The translations under genes were made by a program, and so were the position numbers. A DNA stretch of 62,531 nt, counting the filler, from Sphacelaria rigidula (lineage: Eukaryota): NCBI GenBank assembly GCA_964200075.2. It is 10 parts of 10 records of this genome, joined end to end, with 100 filler letters (N's around TTAATTAATTAA, not from the genome) between each part and the next. Parts side by side here need not be neighbours in the genome. Positions count along the whole stretch, not along the records: positions 31,317 to 37,479 come from CAXNAA020021823.1; positions 37,580 to 43,742 come from CAXNAA020021824.1; positions 43,843 to 50,005 come from CAXNAA020021825.1; 7 more parts are not named here. The stretch is one strand, 5' to 3'. Below are positions 36,805 through 49,852 of this stretch, one piece after another. Position 1 is the stretch's first letter. Every line of letters begins with the position of its first letter. The notes beneath the pieces were generated by a model that saw only the letters and a list, made by a program, of their open reading frames with translations, made no database searches and was not told the DNA's origin.

Positions 36805-37467
36805 GCGCAATAAAAAAGTGCCAGGTGGGATCAATACTTTCCTCCATGGAGTACCTAACCCGCAGAATCACACATGACTCACGGCCGCATGTCGCTCATC
36901 GTGCAAGACCGTTATGTAGTACTGTACATGCTGTTTTTTCCCGCACTCGGCTGGCCATACCCGAATATTGCGATTCACAGACTGTACAATACGTGCGCAA
37001 TAAAAAGGCACCAGGTGGGATGAATACCGTCCTTCATGGAGTACCTAACCCGCAGAATTACACATGATCCACGGCCGCATGTCGCTCATCGTGAATGCGG
37101 GTGGCTTCGACAAGACCGTCACACAACTACAACGGTACTGTACATACTGTTTCTTCCCGCACTCGGTCAAGGGCGGGTGAAAACAGTATCCCTGGACCCA
37201 CACTCCCCCCCCCCCCCAGCAGCTCCTGATTTGATTTTTTTCTCTCAAACGAGACAACTGTTTATCAGCCGTTGGGACGTCACTTGCTCAGCAAGACATT
37301 GTCGAAACAATGCGCACGAGCCGTGCGTGGTTCCTTCGTTTGTTTCATGAATAAACTTCGATATTGTGCCAAGGTCAGGTGGAAAAAATATCCCTGGACC
37401 CACACTACCCCCCCCAGCAGCTCCTGATTTGATTTTTTTTTTTCTCAAACGAGACAACTGTTTATCA
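36805..37467. repeat. Two pairs of tandem direct repeats (36805-36903/36995-37093 and 37188-37267/37390-37467)
   Basis: CATGGAGTACCTAACCCGCAGAAT.ACACATGA twice; ATCCCTGGACCCACACT..CAGCAGCTCCTGATTTGATTTTTT..CTCAAACGAGACAACTGTTTATCA twice. Confidence 0.88.
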
Positions 37468-38789
37468 CCCTTTGGGGCGNNNNNNNNNNNNNNNNNNNNN
37501 NNNNNNNNNNNNNNNNNNNNNNNTTAATTAATTAANNNNNNNNNNNNNNNNNNNNNNNNNNNNNNNNNNNNNNNNNNNNCCTAGATCAGGTATACCTCGG
37601 CGAAATGTGGCCTACGAAAGGTAAGCGCTTTCTGGAAGCGGTGTGTCCGTTTTCGCGTGCCCATATCTCTCGAGTAACATGCTCTTTGTCCGTTTTGTTT
37701 CGAGTCCTGGGTGCCAATAGCCCCCCCGAAGGACGTGCGTGAAACCTCCGTAGCGAGAACGGTCAAAATGGCGTGTTTGGCTGTTTTCTCGTTTCTGGTC
37801 ATGTTTTGTACCTTTCTTAGGCAAAACGTGCACCCCTACCGCAGCAATGCTCGAACGTTTCAGTTCAAACTATTGTTCGTGTTTTCGTCCATAAATAATT
37901 GAAAATCATTGAGATATTATCGACATCGACAGCTGTTTGTATCATATTCCGTCAGTTCTCCACACTCATTTGAAAAGTCAAACTCTCAAATTTGAGGTGG
38001 CCGGAGGCCAGTAACAACGGAGAAATCTGCTCCGAGGCTAACCAACGTGTTACATCCCTTCACAGCCGGGGCGGAGCACGCGGGCTGCTCCCTAGATCAC
38101 GGTCACAATCACCGACCACCAAGCGCCGTCGTGTGTCCGACGAGTGGCGTGAGAGATGACCTGCATCCCGATGACGTTGGTCGCCCCTAAGAAAACTGAT
38201 TGTACTGTATATGGATTGCAGCCTCGCATACGGTGCTTCACATAGTGGTGTCGATGCTTCCAGCGACAGCCGGGGTTTCCACTTCCTCATTGGGACGTCT
38301 CCGTTCAAGCAATCACGCATTTCCGTGCGGAGTGAAGAGTCTTCCATCCTACACAATATGATACTCGACCTTCACGGTGGACGCAGAAGGTGCGCAACCG
38401 ACTAAAAACCGAGAGCGACCTTCTCACCTGCGAGCTGAGCCAGCCGTCTAACATGCAAGTCCCGGAACACAATTACCTTTTCAGGTTTCAATAACAATCC
38501 GGGGAAAGTACATCACTGTGAACCGAAGACAAGCGTGGTGTACCCTCTCTGCCTCTGCAGTACCATAATGGGAAACAAAATGTACCGCACAACAGGAATC
38601 TTCAACGGTACATCAAGATTCTGCAGTAGTATATGACCGCGGGCGGGAATTGAACTAGTACTCTGGACATGAAGATCGTCCCCCGAAACGACCGGCGAGT
38701 AAGAAGAGAATTTCAGCCGAATATGCCTTTATTTTGGTAATGTGTCTGGTAAGGAATAGCAGGGACGGTATTGGAAAGGCGAGCCTACG

Positions 38790-38847
38790 TCTGTGACCAC
38801 GGGTTCGCGAGATCGGACTAATGTGCGGAAATAATAATAATAATAAT
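38790..38847 (+). mobile_element. 3' end of an (AAT)n-tailed retroelement
   Basis: TCTGTGACCACGGGTTCG.GAGATCG..CTAATGTG followed by (AAT)n; the same structure is at 61951-62082. Confidence 0.7.
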
Positions 38848-39180
38848 GTGCTTGTGTAAAGTAGAAATTGGATTTACTACATGGTTGATTTCGCGTTTTG
38901 ATGAGTTTGTAAATCGGAGGACGAGCCTGTTCAGGATTAGGCATGTGGGCACGCTGCTGCTTAAGCTTTGATTGACCTAAACGCACGACGCATAAGGTTG
39001 ATTTTGTGATATGACAGTGTACGCGAGGCGGGACAAGGGTTGTACAGTAACCCTCCGACCCCCCCATCGCTTCACGGCCGAACTTGTGTTCATCGACTCA
39101 ACAGCCGACATCTTTTTGGATATAGGATTACCATAGAACGCAAATCACGTGAGCCTTCTAGCTATCCCCTACACTACTGA

Positions 39181-39255
39181 TGCTCCGTCTCGAAAGGGAT
39201 GCGTGGTCAGTGGTCAAACGACTAAGGCAAGCAACAAATGAGTACGCCCCCCCCT
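39181..39255 (+). mobile_element. 75-bp 5'-truncated LINE insertion with 14-bp TSD
   Basis: CCCTACACTACTGA at 39167-39180 and 39256-39269 flanks a sequence matching the LINE 3' end at 15103-15185. Confidence 0.88.
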
Positions 39256-41689
39256 CCCTACACTACTGACACGTGCCATCAACCGGGTCTACAAGTCCGC
39301 AGTTTGACGAACGTGAGTCATCGAAGTCGCGTGTATCACAACCCCTTGCTTACATTTTATCGATTGATTGCAACTACTAGAGAGGCTCCGGATATAATTT
39401 CCCAAACAGGTGTCGATAGTGGAGTGCATGAGCTGAGAGCCTCCAGCCTGTTCAACGAAATGGATTCATGACACAGCTCGCTAACATCCCCCTCGTGGGG
39501 TTGTGGCTTGCTTTGCCACTGCATTACTGTAACAGTTGGGGCTTCAGCTGGGATAGAAAGAGAGAAGAGTAGAAAACAATGTACGTCTGAATTTACACTA
39601 CTAGTTACCGCCGAAATGGGAGTATCTCCTGTCATTTCGATCGACGGAGCCTCACGGTATCACTCAAACGAGTTGCATGTATAGCGCAAGGCGACGGGAG
39701 TTGACCCTAATTTGTTTGCAAGGATCTTCTGGATGACGAAAACAACATCCATGAGGAATTCTCGTCTGCAGCAACATTCCCTTCTTATTTCAGGGGAGTA
39801 ATCTGTTTTTCCCCACGGGTTTCCAATCGCCCCAACTTCATTTACCCCCGTCCACTTATCAGTTGCTGCTCCTACGCCCCGCGGAATAATAATGTAGATC
39901 TCGTGTCAAAACATCATCTCCTAACTCCTAATAGGAAGCTTCGGCTCCTAAACCCCAAGATAAACCTGCTCCGGGCTGTCCGACCGCCGATAGGACCCCT
40001 AGCCTGGCCTAGATCGGAACTCACGCCATGAGTGGCGTGTTCAACAGCGCCGGCGACGACGGACGCCAACCCTTAGAGAAAGGGGGTCGGGCGGAGGTGG
40101 GCTTGTTTCGGTGGATGAGAGATTACATAGCGCAAATATGATTATATCATTTTTCCCTCCCGTGGCGAGGGAATGCTATCTCCCGCACTACAGTGTACTG
40201 TACTAGTGTAGCAACTCATGCATGCTTCTCCACTTTTGTGTCTGCACGTGTGTTTTTGCAGCGGTGGTCTCTGTTTTTCGCGCGACTGTTGGGTGGCCCG
40301 GACGGAGGGTTAGCTCCGCCAAATGGTAGACATGAGCCCCGTGTACGTTCCCCAGCGAGGGATGTTGTGCCCCGTAAAATACTCCATTGTTCCCCAGTTG
40401 CCAGGGGGTGTTATGTGTTCGTACCAGCCTGCACTCAGCGAGCACGTCATGGACTTTACTCCACCTTGGCGCGGCCGCTGCAGCTGCCACAACCATGCAG
40501 AACGACTGACTGCACTGAATTATCATCCACGTGAACCTATACGTAACCGTCACCCGAACGAAACGGCCATACTATATTGCTGCTGTGGCCCGCAGTTCGG
40601 TGCAATATTTGAGTCACGCCCGCCTCATGTGTGTACAGTAATGCAACTCAATGGGGAATGCGACGCCCACACCATTAATTGTTCGTGAAATCTGTACCAA
40701 GCATTTAGATCCAATCGACTCGCCGCCCACGGGATCTGCCTACTGCCCCGCCCACTCCCTCGCTTTCGCTAGGTCAGGGTTGTGCGCGTTTATGCCATGG
40801 GGTGATTGAGTGCCTTGCCGACGCTTCACGAAAGCAAGCAGTTTCCTGCGCTTCCCCAGCGATTCGACAGCAGGATCCACCGTAAATCTCCCCATAGTGT
40901 CCACAGTGTCTCGATTGAACGCATGGATGTTTTACTCAGATTACCCTTCTCCCTTACAAGGCTTTTACAGTTGAATCGCTATAGGCAGTCAGTATACGCT
41001 GCAACTAAAATGCGATATTCCTTCAGGCTGGACCAGGACTACCTACTACTAACGGCCTGGATCCATTTTTGAGGTTCAACATTTGGGTGAGGTTCAACTT
41101 GAAAAACGTGCTTTCCCTGGCATAGAGTTATGATCAATGGATTTCATATGGACGATCTCATTCCCCCGACCTCTTTATAACTATCTCTGGGGGTTACCGG
41201 TCTTTCGTGCCCCCAGAGTGCCGTTGCTCGAAAGCTGTTCTTAGGCAAAAGCTTCCTAGTCAGTGCTTAACAGTGCGGGTCACGAATGCAATGGCTGGTG
41301 CCTACTCATAGGACACCCCTGTTCCCAACCATACCTCGCCTCAGCTTAGAATTACTCTCCTCACATAACAATTTTTGCGACAGACACCCCCCCACACACA
41401 CACCATGCATGCGACCGGTCGTACAGCAGAGAAGCTAAGTTAGTTGCAGGATGTCAGCTCTGATTTTGGTCACGCCAACGAGAGTTAATTCACCCGCACG
41501 AGGTACCTCTTTTCACTCCGCATACTAAGAGGATTTACACGAGTGTTTGATCTCTCATACATTCACCCTCCCAATTGGCATGTGGAAGACTGTTGTCCTT
41601 GTTTTGCAAACGTCCGATTGAATCAACGACTACAAAAACACCCCCCAGCTTCCGATTATGAGATCGTATCGCGAGGGCGCAGCTGTATA

Positions 41690-43672
41690 TATACTCAAGC
41701 AGAAAAGAAAGGAGACAGCGCAACGAGTAAGTAAACACGACCTAGGTCCAAGAGTCATGGGGGAAAGAGGGAGCGGGAATAGGATGCGAAGTTGAAGAGT
41801 ACGCATGAGCAGGGAAAAAGCGGAAGGGACAGAGACCCAAGAGCAGGGGCGCGGGGGGAATAGGATTCTTAGTCAAGAAATACATGTGCGACAGTATAGA
41901 AGTGGTCGATGACACGAAATTCGACGAGAGCATATAGATGAGGGTACCAGGAGACCGGGGAACAAAGGACTTCTTCGTAGGAGACATCCATTTGTCCCCA
42001 GAGTCGAGAGTAGGGTGAACGATATACGACGGAGGTTCGAAGAGATAGCAGCATATATATGTACAGAGTATTATAGACAGGGAGAAGTGATGTTGGAGGG
42101 AGACCTTAATGCAACAGTAGTCAAGCACGTCAACCGGTTGCCATTGATGGGCAATACGGGGAGGACGAGAAGACCACGAATGGGGAAGAAATGCTGAAGT
42201 TCCTCGAGCATAGCGAGATGAAAACGCTGAACGATAGAGCACGAAAGCCAGAGGCGCAATAAACATGGACTAGAAACTGCAATGACGAGGTACAATGCCC
42301 CGTTCTTGATTATAAATTTGTAGAGCATGGAAGTAGTGAAGAAATGGAAGTACATGTATGCGCGGAAGATAAAGGAACCCCAAATCATTGCCAAACATGT
42401 ACAGAAACTCAACAGACGAAAGCTGAAAGAAAACGGCAGGGTAGGAAGTTGTACAAGTGGAGAATCGATGAGCTAGATGTGGAGGAAAAACGGCAAGAGT
42501 TCCAAGAAGAGATGGCGAAGAATGCAGAGAAATGTTCCGAGTTCTTGGAACGTGTGGGTACACTTGATACCGGAATCGAAAGAAATCGGGCAGGAGTGAA
42601 TATCATAGAAGGATGAAAGCAGTTGGTCAAGAACACAGCGAGTAAAGTCATGCGGAGGAAACTGATCGTATGCAACAGAGCAGTGAAATGGTGGGATGAG
42701 GAAGTAAAAGAGACTGTTAGAGTAGGGAGATAGGCCCACATGAGATGGATATCGAGTGAAATTACGGCAGCATGGAAGGAGCACACCAAAGCTCGAAATG
42801 AAGTAAAACAAATGGTAAAATAGAAAAAAATGGGAGTATGGGGAGACGTAGTGAAGAAAACGAATGAAGATTTCGATGGCGGGATGAAACAAATGTGGGT
42901 AGGGATTAAAGGGATATCAGGAAACCAGGGAGGACATGTGCACGAGGGGATAGCTATACACTCCGGGCCCAGAACGGTAAAATGGTCAGTAGTTCGAAAG
43001 GGAAGATAAAAGTGCTACTCGAGAACTACCGTAAACTAAAAGCACCAAAAACAACCACGGAGTTCGACATGGAATTTGAAAAAGAAAGCAAAGCGTGGGC
43101 AGAGGCAAATGTAGACACGTCAAAACGGGACGATAAAAGCTCGAAAGAATTGTAGAGAGATTTTACCAGAGATTAAGTAAAGGAGTGCGTAGCTGAACTC
43201 AATAACAGAAAGGCAGCAGGGGTAGACGAAATTGTGAATAAGTTTCTAAAGTACGGGGAAGAGGGAAGGAATACCATGATAAGTATGCTGTATAACTGGA
43301 TCTGGGAAAACGAGTACACACTCAAGAGGTGAAGAGGAGGAGTAGTCGTCAACCTTTTTCAAAAGAAGATGAGGCTGACCCAGGAAACTATAGAGTAATA
43401 GCGCTGCTGAGCACGGCAAAGAAAACATTTCATAACATTGTGAATGAAAAAGTAGGAACAATGCTAGAAAAAGACGAAACAATCAGCGAAGGACAAGCAG
43501 GTTTCAGATCAAACCGTAGTCGCGTAGACCATGTGTACACACTAGGGAGGATACGTCAAGATGAGAAAGACGCCGGGTTGACAACGTACTGTTGCTTTCT
43601 GGACGTGCAAAAGGCATATGACACAGTGTAAAGAAATGAGTTGTGGAGAAAGTTGTGGGAAGCTGGCATCAA
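41690..43672 (+). pseudogene. LINE ORF2 pseudogene: AP endonuclease and N-terminal half of reverse transcriptase
   Basis: VQESW, GGIGFLVK, EGDLNA, NGEEMLKFL..LNDR, VLDY; VKWWDEEVK; KAAGVDEI; DPGNYRVIALLST; QAGFRSNRS; CFLDVQKAYDTV. Many stops and frameshifts. Confidence 0.93.
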
Positions 43673-43873
43673 ACAGCCGATTCTCGAAAATGGGGTTGAA
43701 AAACAAAATGAGGTTCAACTCAAAAGCCGTGCTTTCCCTGACNNNNNNNNNNNNNNNNNNNNNNNNNNNNNNNNNNNNNNNNNNNNTTAATTAATTAANN
43801 NNNNNNNNNNNNNNNNNNNNNNNNNNNNNNNNNNNNNNNNNNCGGAATTTCTTCTGACGCTGCCACTAAACGA

Positions 43874-44175
43874 CCCATTATACGGCCAATACTTGGAGCT
43901 GGACCCTGAAGTTTGGTATGGACAATGAGTAGAGCATAATAAAAAACATTACTAGCGCACACAAGTTTTTTTTTTTTCATGAGTAAAGACCAATAATCAG
44001 TTTTCAGATATCGGTGAAATGCCCCTGACTCATGGAAAATAAAAAACTTCTCTGCTCCAGTGTTTTTTTTTATCATGCCCTGCGCATTGTCCATACCAAA
44101 TTTCAGGGTCCAACTCTAAGTATTGGCCGTATAATGGGCCTGTAAACTGCAAAATCGCTTCTCGGCTGGCCCAGC
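43874..44175. repeat. Third copy of the foldback repeat seen at 22179-22437 and 23137-23416
   Basis: Arms CCCATTATACGGCCAATACTTGGAGCTGGACCCTGAAGTTTGGTATGGACAATG and CATTGTCCATACCAAATTTCAGGGTCCAACTCTAAGTATTGGCCGTATAATGGG. Confidence 0.85.
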
Positions 44176-46396
44176 TCGTAACAGGCCACATAAAACTCCG
44201 GCATGCGATCTTCTACGCCGGCCGCATCACCCTGTCGTCCTTGTACATGCGGTTGCTGCGCTCACCTAGCCGCGGGTGCCTCCAAAGGAACAAGCCGAGC
44301 CATTTCCGATCTGAGCCTACTGTCGGGTGGCACCGGTCGGTTGTCGCTGCAGAGTGCCACAGCTGCCTGTTTCAGGCCATCTCTATTCAGGCCCGTTGAC
44401 GAGCTGCGGCAAGTTTTAGCATATATATCTTCGATGGAATTTTCTTCCTACCTCGACAGTACAGTACCCGGACCAACCCTGCCAGCTATGCGCACGCTAC
44501 CACTGACACGCTTCTGCAGCGAACCAACGAGGATTTCAAAGGTCTTTGCAGAAGCATGGAAGGTCATGCGATCCCTGCGTACCGTTTCTACGACCTCTGC
44601 TGCACGTACGTTCTGGGTTCATCCTTACTCTTCGCATGCTTAGTAACCGATCGACCAAAAAGCTGATTTTGAAGAAAGACACACACGCCCTTATTCACAG
44701 TGCTGTGGGATGGTTTTTTGTGATACAAACGGCGCGTGCAGTCGCTCAAAAGAAGCGTCGTGCTCTTGTGCACACGCAGCGAAAACCAGAATGGAAAACG
44801 ATGAATATTTCGCGGAGTTATGGACGATTAACAAAAAGGGTTCCTTAATTGGTACTGTTCCGAAATAGGGAGGTTTACTCTAGTAGAATATAAAATGATT
44901 CGCGCCAATCGGTCAAAATTGAAGACCCATTTCATTTCGGGCGAAGAACTGCAACATGGGATATGCTCTGCTGCACTGAACCGCAGCACAAACACACACC
45001 CTCTCTCATCTGCCATAACTGTCACTGCTCGGTTGCGAAGACGATTTGGTCTCCGCTGGGACTACCTGGGTTGTAGTGTCGTCGTGTTTGTCTCCAGATA
45101 AAATAGCGTGTGTCGGCACGCAATACGAGGTGGGCCAGCCTATATATTTAATAGAAGCGCCATCTAATCGACACAGACGAGTTGGGCCGTGATCCGCATA
45201 TCGTGTTAATAGTCTACTGAACGGGAAGGTGCCCGTCTGCTCAAAGATCTGGGCCATATTTTCTCGTTGATTGAACCCCATGTCTCGTGCTTCAACAATG
45301 TTTTCGTGAGATTTGAGAGTAAGGGATACGTTCGAGAGGGAAAAGCGGTCAGTTAGAGAATGAATCGTTTCATCTCCGGAATGCACCTCCACGAGGACCA
45401 ATATAACAGCGGATCCTGGAAAAGGGGATCCATCTAAAAACTGAGTTTTAAGTGGCATTTCTTTTTTACAGGGAAGACGCGAAACAGTTGCGACCGAGCA
45501 AAGCCATCTTCCCCCCCAAATGTCCGCCGCAGTTGAGCAGCTGTGGCTAGGTGCACCTAACGAATGCGGTTTACACGCGTGTCGATGACGATATCACCAG
45601 AGAGAGAAGCAACGGCAGAGAGGGAGCTCGTCGCCCGTGTCCTTTGTGTGTCCCAGCTCGGCGATTACGAATCGCTCGAAAAACTGGCACCATCCATGTT
45701 ACCAGCATGTGCCGAATTTTCCGCGTGCCAAAGCATCGAGCTGCGGAGAGATGTCGTCTCGACTTACAATTGCCTGTGGAGCTCGTCAATGCGAAGATCG
45801 ATTTCTCTCTGCCTCTCATTTTGGACAGGACGCGTCTCTGTGCGCTGAAAAACATGTCGTTTATAAATAGGGCAATTTTCCCGTCACCGCTACTACTGTT
45901 CTCTGTCACACATATGCCAGCAAGGGCGGTGGTGCGGCGAAAACACCAGATATATCCAATTTTGAATCTGGGGGGTTTTATTCACTGTTGATTTTACCCG
46001 ACATGTATGTGAGCGACCCTCTGGGTGCCCAACGACAACAGTGTGCGAAACGTCAGTTGGGGGAGGGGTGTATGAGACATCAAGGGCTGTGTTGAAAGGT
46101 GTGCGGAGGGTGGAGACGGGGGTCAATTTGAACAGCCGTCTGTTGCGCTTCTGGATAATGCCGGGGGAGTCCAGTGAGCAATCTTGGTCACGGGCTCCGT
46201 GGGCTGTGCTGAAAAAATCTCCGCTAGTGCTGTCGGTGGTGCGGAAGACTTTAGGACGGCGACGTCGGCACGTCATAGGTCTATCAGATCCGTAGTGAAG
46301 GTACCAGTGTTTCTGGTGTTGGGGTTCGATTTTTGTGTCGGTCCCGTCTGCTGGTGTCTATCAGCGGACCGTTTGTTGTCACGAGAATTATGATCT

Positions 46397-49300
46397 TTAC
46401 TGGCGAGGGCTTGCATTGTCGTTGTTTTGTCGGCGATCGTGATTGAAGCGATTGTTGCCTCCTTGATTCGAATTATTGCGATAATTTCGACTCGGTTGCC
46501 GACAGTCGCGCATGCATTTGTGCCACCGGCGCCACGTGGGTTCATTGTCCTGCAGGTCAGGGTTCCTGAGATCAAAGGCATTGATGCATGGGCTGTTGCA
46601 GTCGCGCATACTATGACCTCGAACACTGCAGTTGATGCAACTATTGGCATGAGTGCTGAAGGCGTTGCGTCTAGCAGGAGACGAAAGGAGTTGGCCCCAC
46701 AAGTTGGGATCATCTGTGATGAATGCCGTCGTTGAAGTCAAGTAAACATCATCCCAAGTTCTTCGGAGAACGGCCAACCATCAAAACTCGCACTAAATGC
46801 ATCTTTGTCATTCTGAACATGCATAACTGAACCGGCGACTGAGTCGGGAGTCCATGAAGTGCGAGGTGAAGTCGAATTCCTGCCGCAAGATCCTTGGGCA
46901 TTGGCGGAGGACACAATCGTGGGTTGTAAACGCAGAGGCGTAGAAGGTTTGCCATGTATGGCGGGTGTTAGATTACCCTCTTGGTGTACGAAAGCAGACC
47001 ACATAGCATCTATGGAGGCGTAAGGCACCTCGCGATGCGCCAAGACACCCGGGAACAGCGACGGTATCAGAGCCGGATACTGCTGCGCAACGCTATTTTG
47101 AACGTAAGTGTGACACATTGCGTCGCTCGGTCCATTTTGGCGTCCGACACCCATAGTACCGGAGACTAAAGCTTATGCTTACGAAGATAATCCGCGAAGG
47201 GGACATCCAATGCGACAGCAAATTAACTCAGTCTTTGGATGGCGCTCGCTTGGTCGCTTCGGTCGAAGTAGCCTATTAAACATCTCTCCAAATCAGAGTG
47301 CAATACCGGTCCTGTCTTCCACTTGGAACGAAGCGGATCCATCTCGGCGAGGAATCCATTGATGATGTGTGTTGAGAAAGCAGCAGTGTGGGAGGAGCGG
47401 CGGCTGATGGATCTATGCAATGTTTTATGCAATGGGGTCTGCCAGCCCTCTACCCAAATGAGATATTCAAAACGTTGAACGCCAGTTGCATGCGCCAACT
47501 GAAGGATATTGTGAACGGTACGGCGAATGGATATGATGAGGGCAGAAATAGACTGTCCCCAATCTCCGTTATCTGCAGCAGTCATGTTTTTGATATGCCA
47601 CAGCTTTTTCACATCCATCTGAATGTATTGTCTCTGCATTGCAGCTACTCGGGCAGACTCGACTGTAGCGGAAGCTGCTCTTTTACAAGCTTCGGAACGT
47701 TCTTTGGCAGCCGCAGCGGTTGCTAAGGCTCGGGCTGCGGTGGAAGACAGTAAATAGTCTGGTATCTCCGTATCCGATAAAGCCAAAATGCGACCCGAAA
47801 CATAGGCCAACTCAGTCATCACTTGCCTCGGTGCCACCGAACCTGAAGGAAGCAGGTCTGTGTCAGACCGGTTCCAAGCTTTCTCGGACGATCCGGGAAA
47901 GTTGTCTCCGTTTTTTTTGCGGTTCGGACCGCGGGTATTGCGGCCCGAGGGGTTCGGTCCGGAACCGCCCGGGGAGGATCCTCCTCCACCATGGTGGCGA
48001 CGTGAGCCTCCTCCATCGTTGTCATCGTCTTCCCTCCTGTGGTTCTTCTTTCCCCGGCAGTCAGCACTTGTTGGAGTCCAACCATCATCATCTTGATTAT
48101 CCTCGGCGATTGCGGCATCGGGATCCGAGTGGTGAGCGGCACGTAGCGCTGCAAAACAATCATCGACAGATTCCACATATATCGGTTGATCGGGTCCTGC
48201 GCTAATGGTCATGTGTAAAACCAATTGACCTAGGATGAGGGACGTGATGCCATCATCAGGGAAGATGGCGTCCTGGTCCACATAGAAGCCAAAAACCCGA
48301 TGAACAAGTTTGGACACCGATTTTCAGGCCTGGCGGGGAAAGTGGAGGTGGTTGGGGTAGTGATGCGGGCCGGTATATTCGGCAGCGGCACGACTGAGCC
48401 ACCTGCGTTCCCGGTTTGTGAGATGAAGGCCTGGTATCGGCCCGACATTGGCGGTAGAGGTAGCGGTTGGAGGCAGGGGTGTTGGGTCCATCGTGGTGGC
48501 GGCTGCGGCCCCAGCGTAAGACGGGCGGTCGGACTTCCGCGGAATGCGGTATGCCGACTGGGCGGTTTTGGGCTGATTCGTGCCGTGGCCTGAAGGTGGG
48601 AAAGAGGAGCGGCTATCAAACAAGTTGCTGGCGGTCGGAGCCGCTGTTCGAGGTTCTTGATCTTGAGTTGGGCCGCTATGGCGGCAGAGCGACCCTCTTC
48701 AAGGGCTCGTTGGGCGGCGGCGCTGGTGGTTTGAGCTTGTGAAGCCCGCCGCTGGAGGTCTCTGTGTGCCATAGCATGTTCCTCCTCGAGGAGGCGTGTA
48801 GCGGCAGCGTCGGCCTCGCATTGCTTGGCGAGGATGTCCTGCGCTAAGGCAGGCGCTTCTGACGCATGATCTGCGATCAGAGCGAGTTGCTCTGCGCGGG
48901 GGCGGTCCTGAAACAGCCTGAAGAGGAGGCCTGTTGAGTAGTGCTCGTCATTGAGAGGGGAGAGAACTTCTTCAGACGAAGTGGGGAGCACCAGGGGATC
49001 CGGCACGGGATCGGTGGTGGGCCCAATGTCGGCGTCAGTGTCGACGGCAGTCAGGACGGCAGTTGTGGTGGGAGCCGGGGTGGCGGTGGCAGCAGCGGTG
49101 GTAGTTGTGGCAGCGGCGGCGGTGGCGGTGGTTCCCTTGTTCTCCATGGTCATCCTTTCGAGTGCTCGCCTCAAATCTGTCAGTTGTTGTTCAAGAGAGC
49201 GAATAATCGCAGCATCAGAACGGGACGGAGGGTCGCGCCCATTGCGGGTTCGTCGGTGATGCGATGAATTTCGGCTGGATCCCTCTATTGAGGATTCGAG

Positions 49301-49852
49301 AGCCGGTGACATGTCCGAAAATATATTTTGGATGTCGGCAGCATTTACAGTATTATCACTGCGTAAATGACGGCGGCGTAACCAGGGCGAAGCAGGAGGG
49401 GTGCGCGCGGTCGCTTGGTCGGCATTCTTTGAGCGCGGTGGGGCGCGCGATGAACTCGAGCTGTGCCACGAACTATCCTTGTGAGTACGGTCACGACCGG
49501 TATTCATCGGGCGCGTGAGAGTGCGCGATGAATTGGAGCTGTGTCGTGAACTACCTTCGCATGTGCGGCTACGATCGACATTCTTCGACCGTGTGAGGGC
49601 GCGCGATGAATTGAAGCTGTGCCGGGAGTTGTCCTTGGGGATGCCAGCACGGGTGACGTGGTCGTGACCAACTGTCAGTGTGCGGCGCCGTCCGGAAGCA
49701 CGAACATGGCTCTGGTGAGAAGTGAAGGAGGGGCTGGACTCGTGCTCGTTGAAGCTCTCATGAGAGACGAACGGAGAACACGGTGTTGCCAATCGGAGCG
49801 CCAAACGTACGGGTGCGGGCGCCGTAGGTGCAGAGTCATCGTTGAATTGCAC
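46397..49852 (-). pseudogene. Long retrotransposon gag-like ORF (frameshifted) with CCHC zinc knuckle
   Basis: Consecutive same-strand ORFs at 48230-49852, 47223-48317, 46738-47154 and 46397-46777. Capsid-like YFDRSDQASAIQRL..VPFADYLRK; CINCSVRGHSMRDC (CX2CX4HX4C) at about 46598-46640, followed by an N/R-rich tail. Confidence 0.75.

Noticed and set aside
45551..46276. Protease/pol following the gag-like ORF
   Set aside because: No credible D(S/T)G or RT motif in any minus-strand frame.
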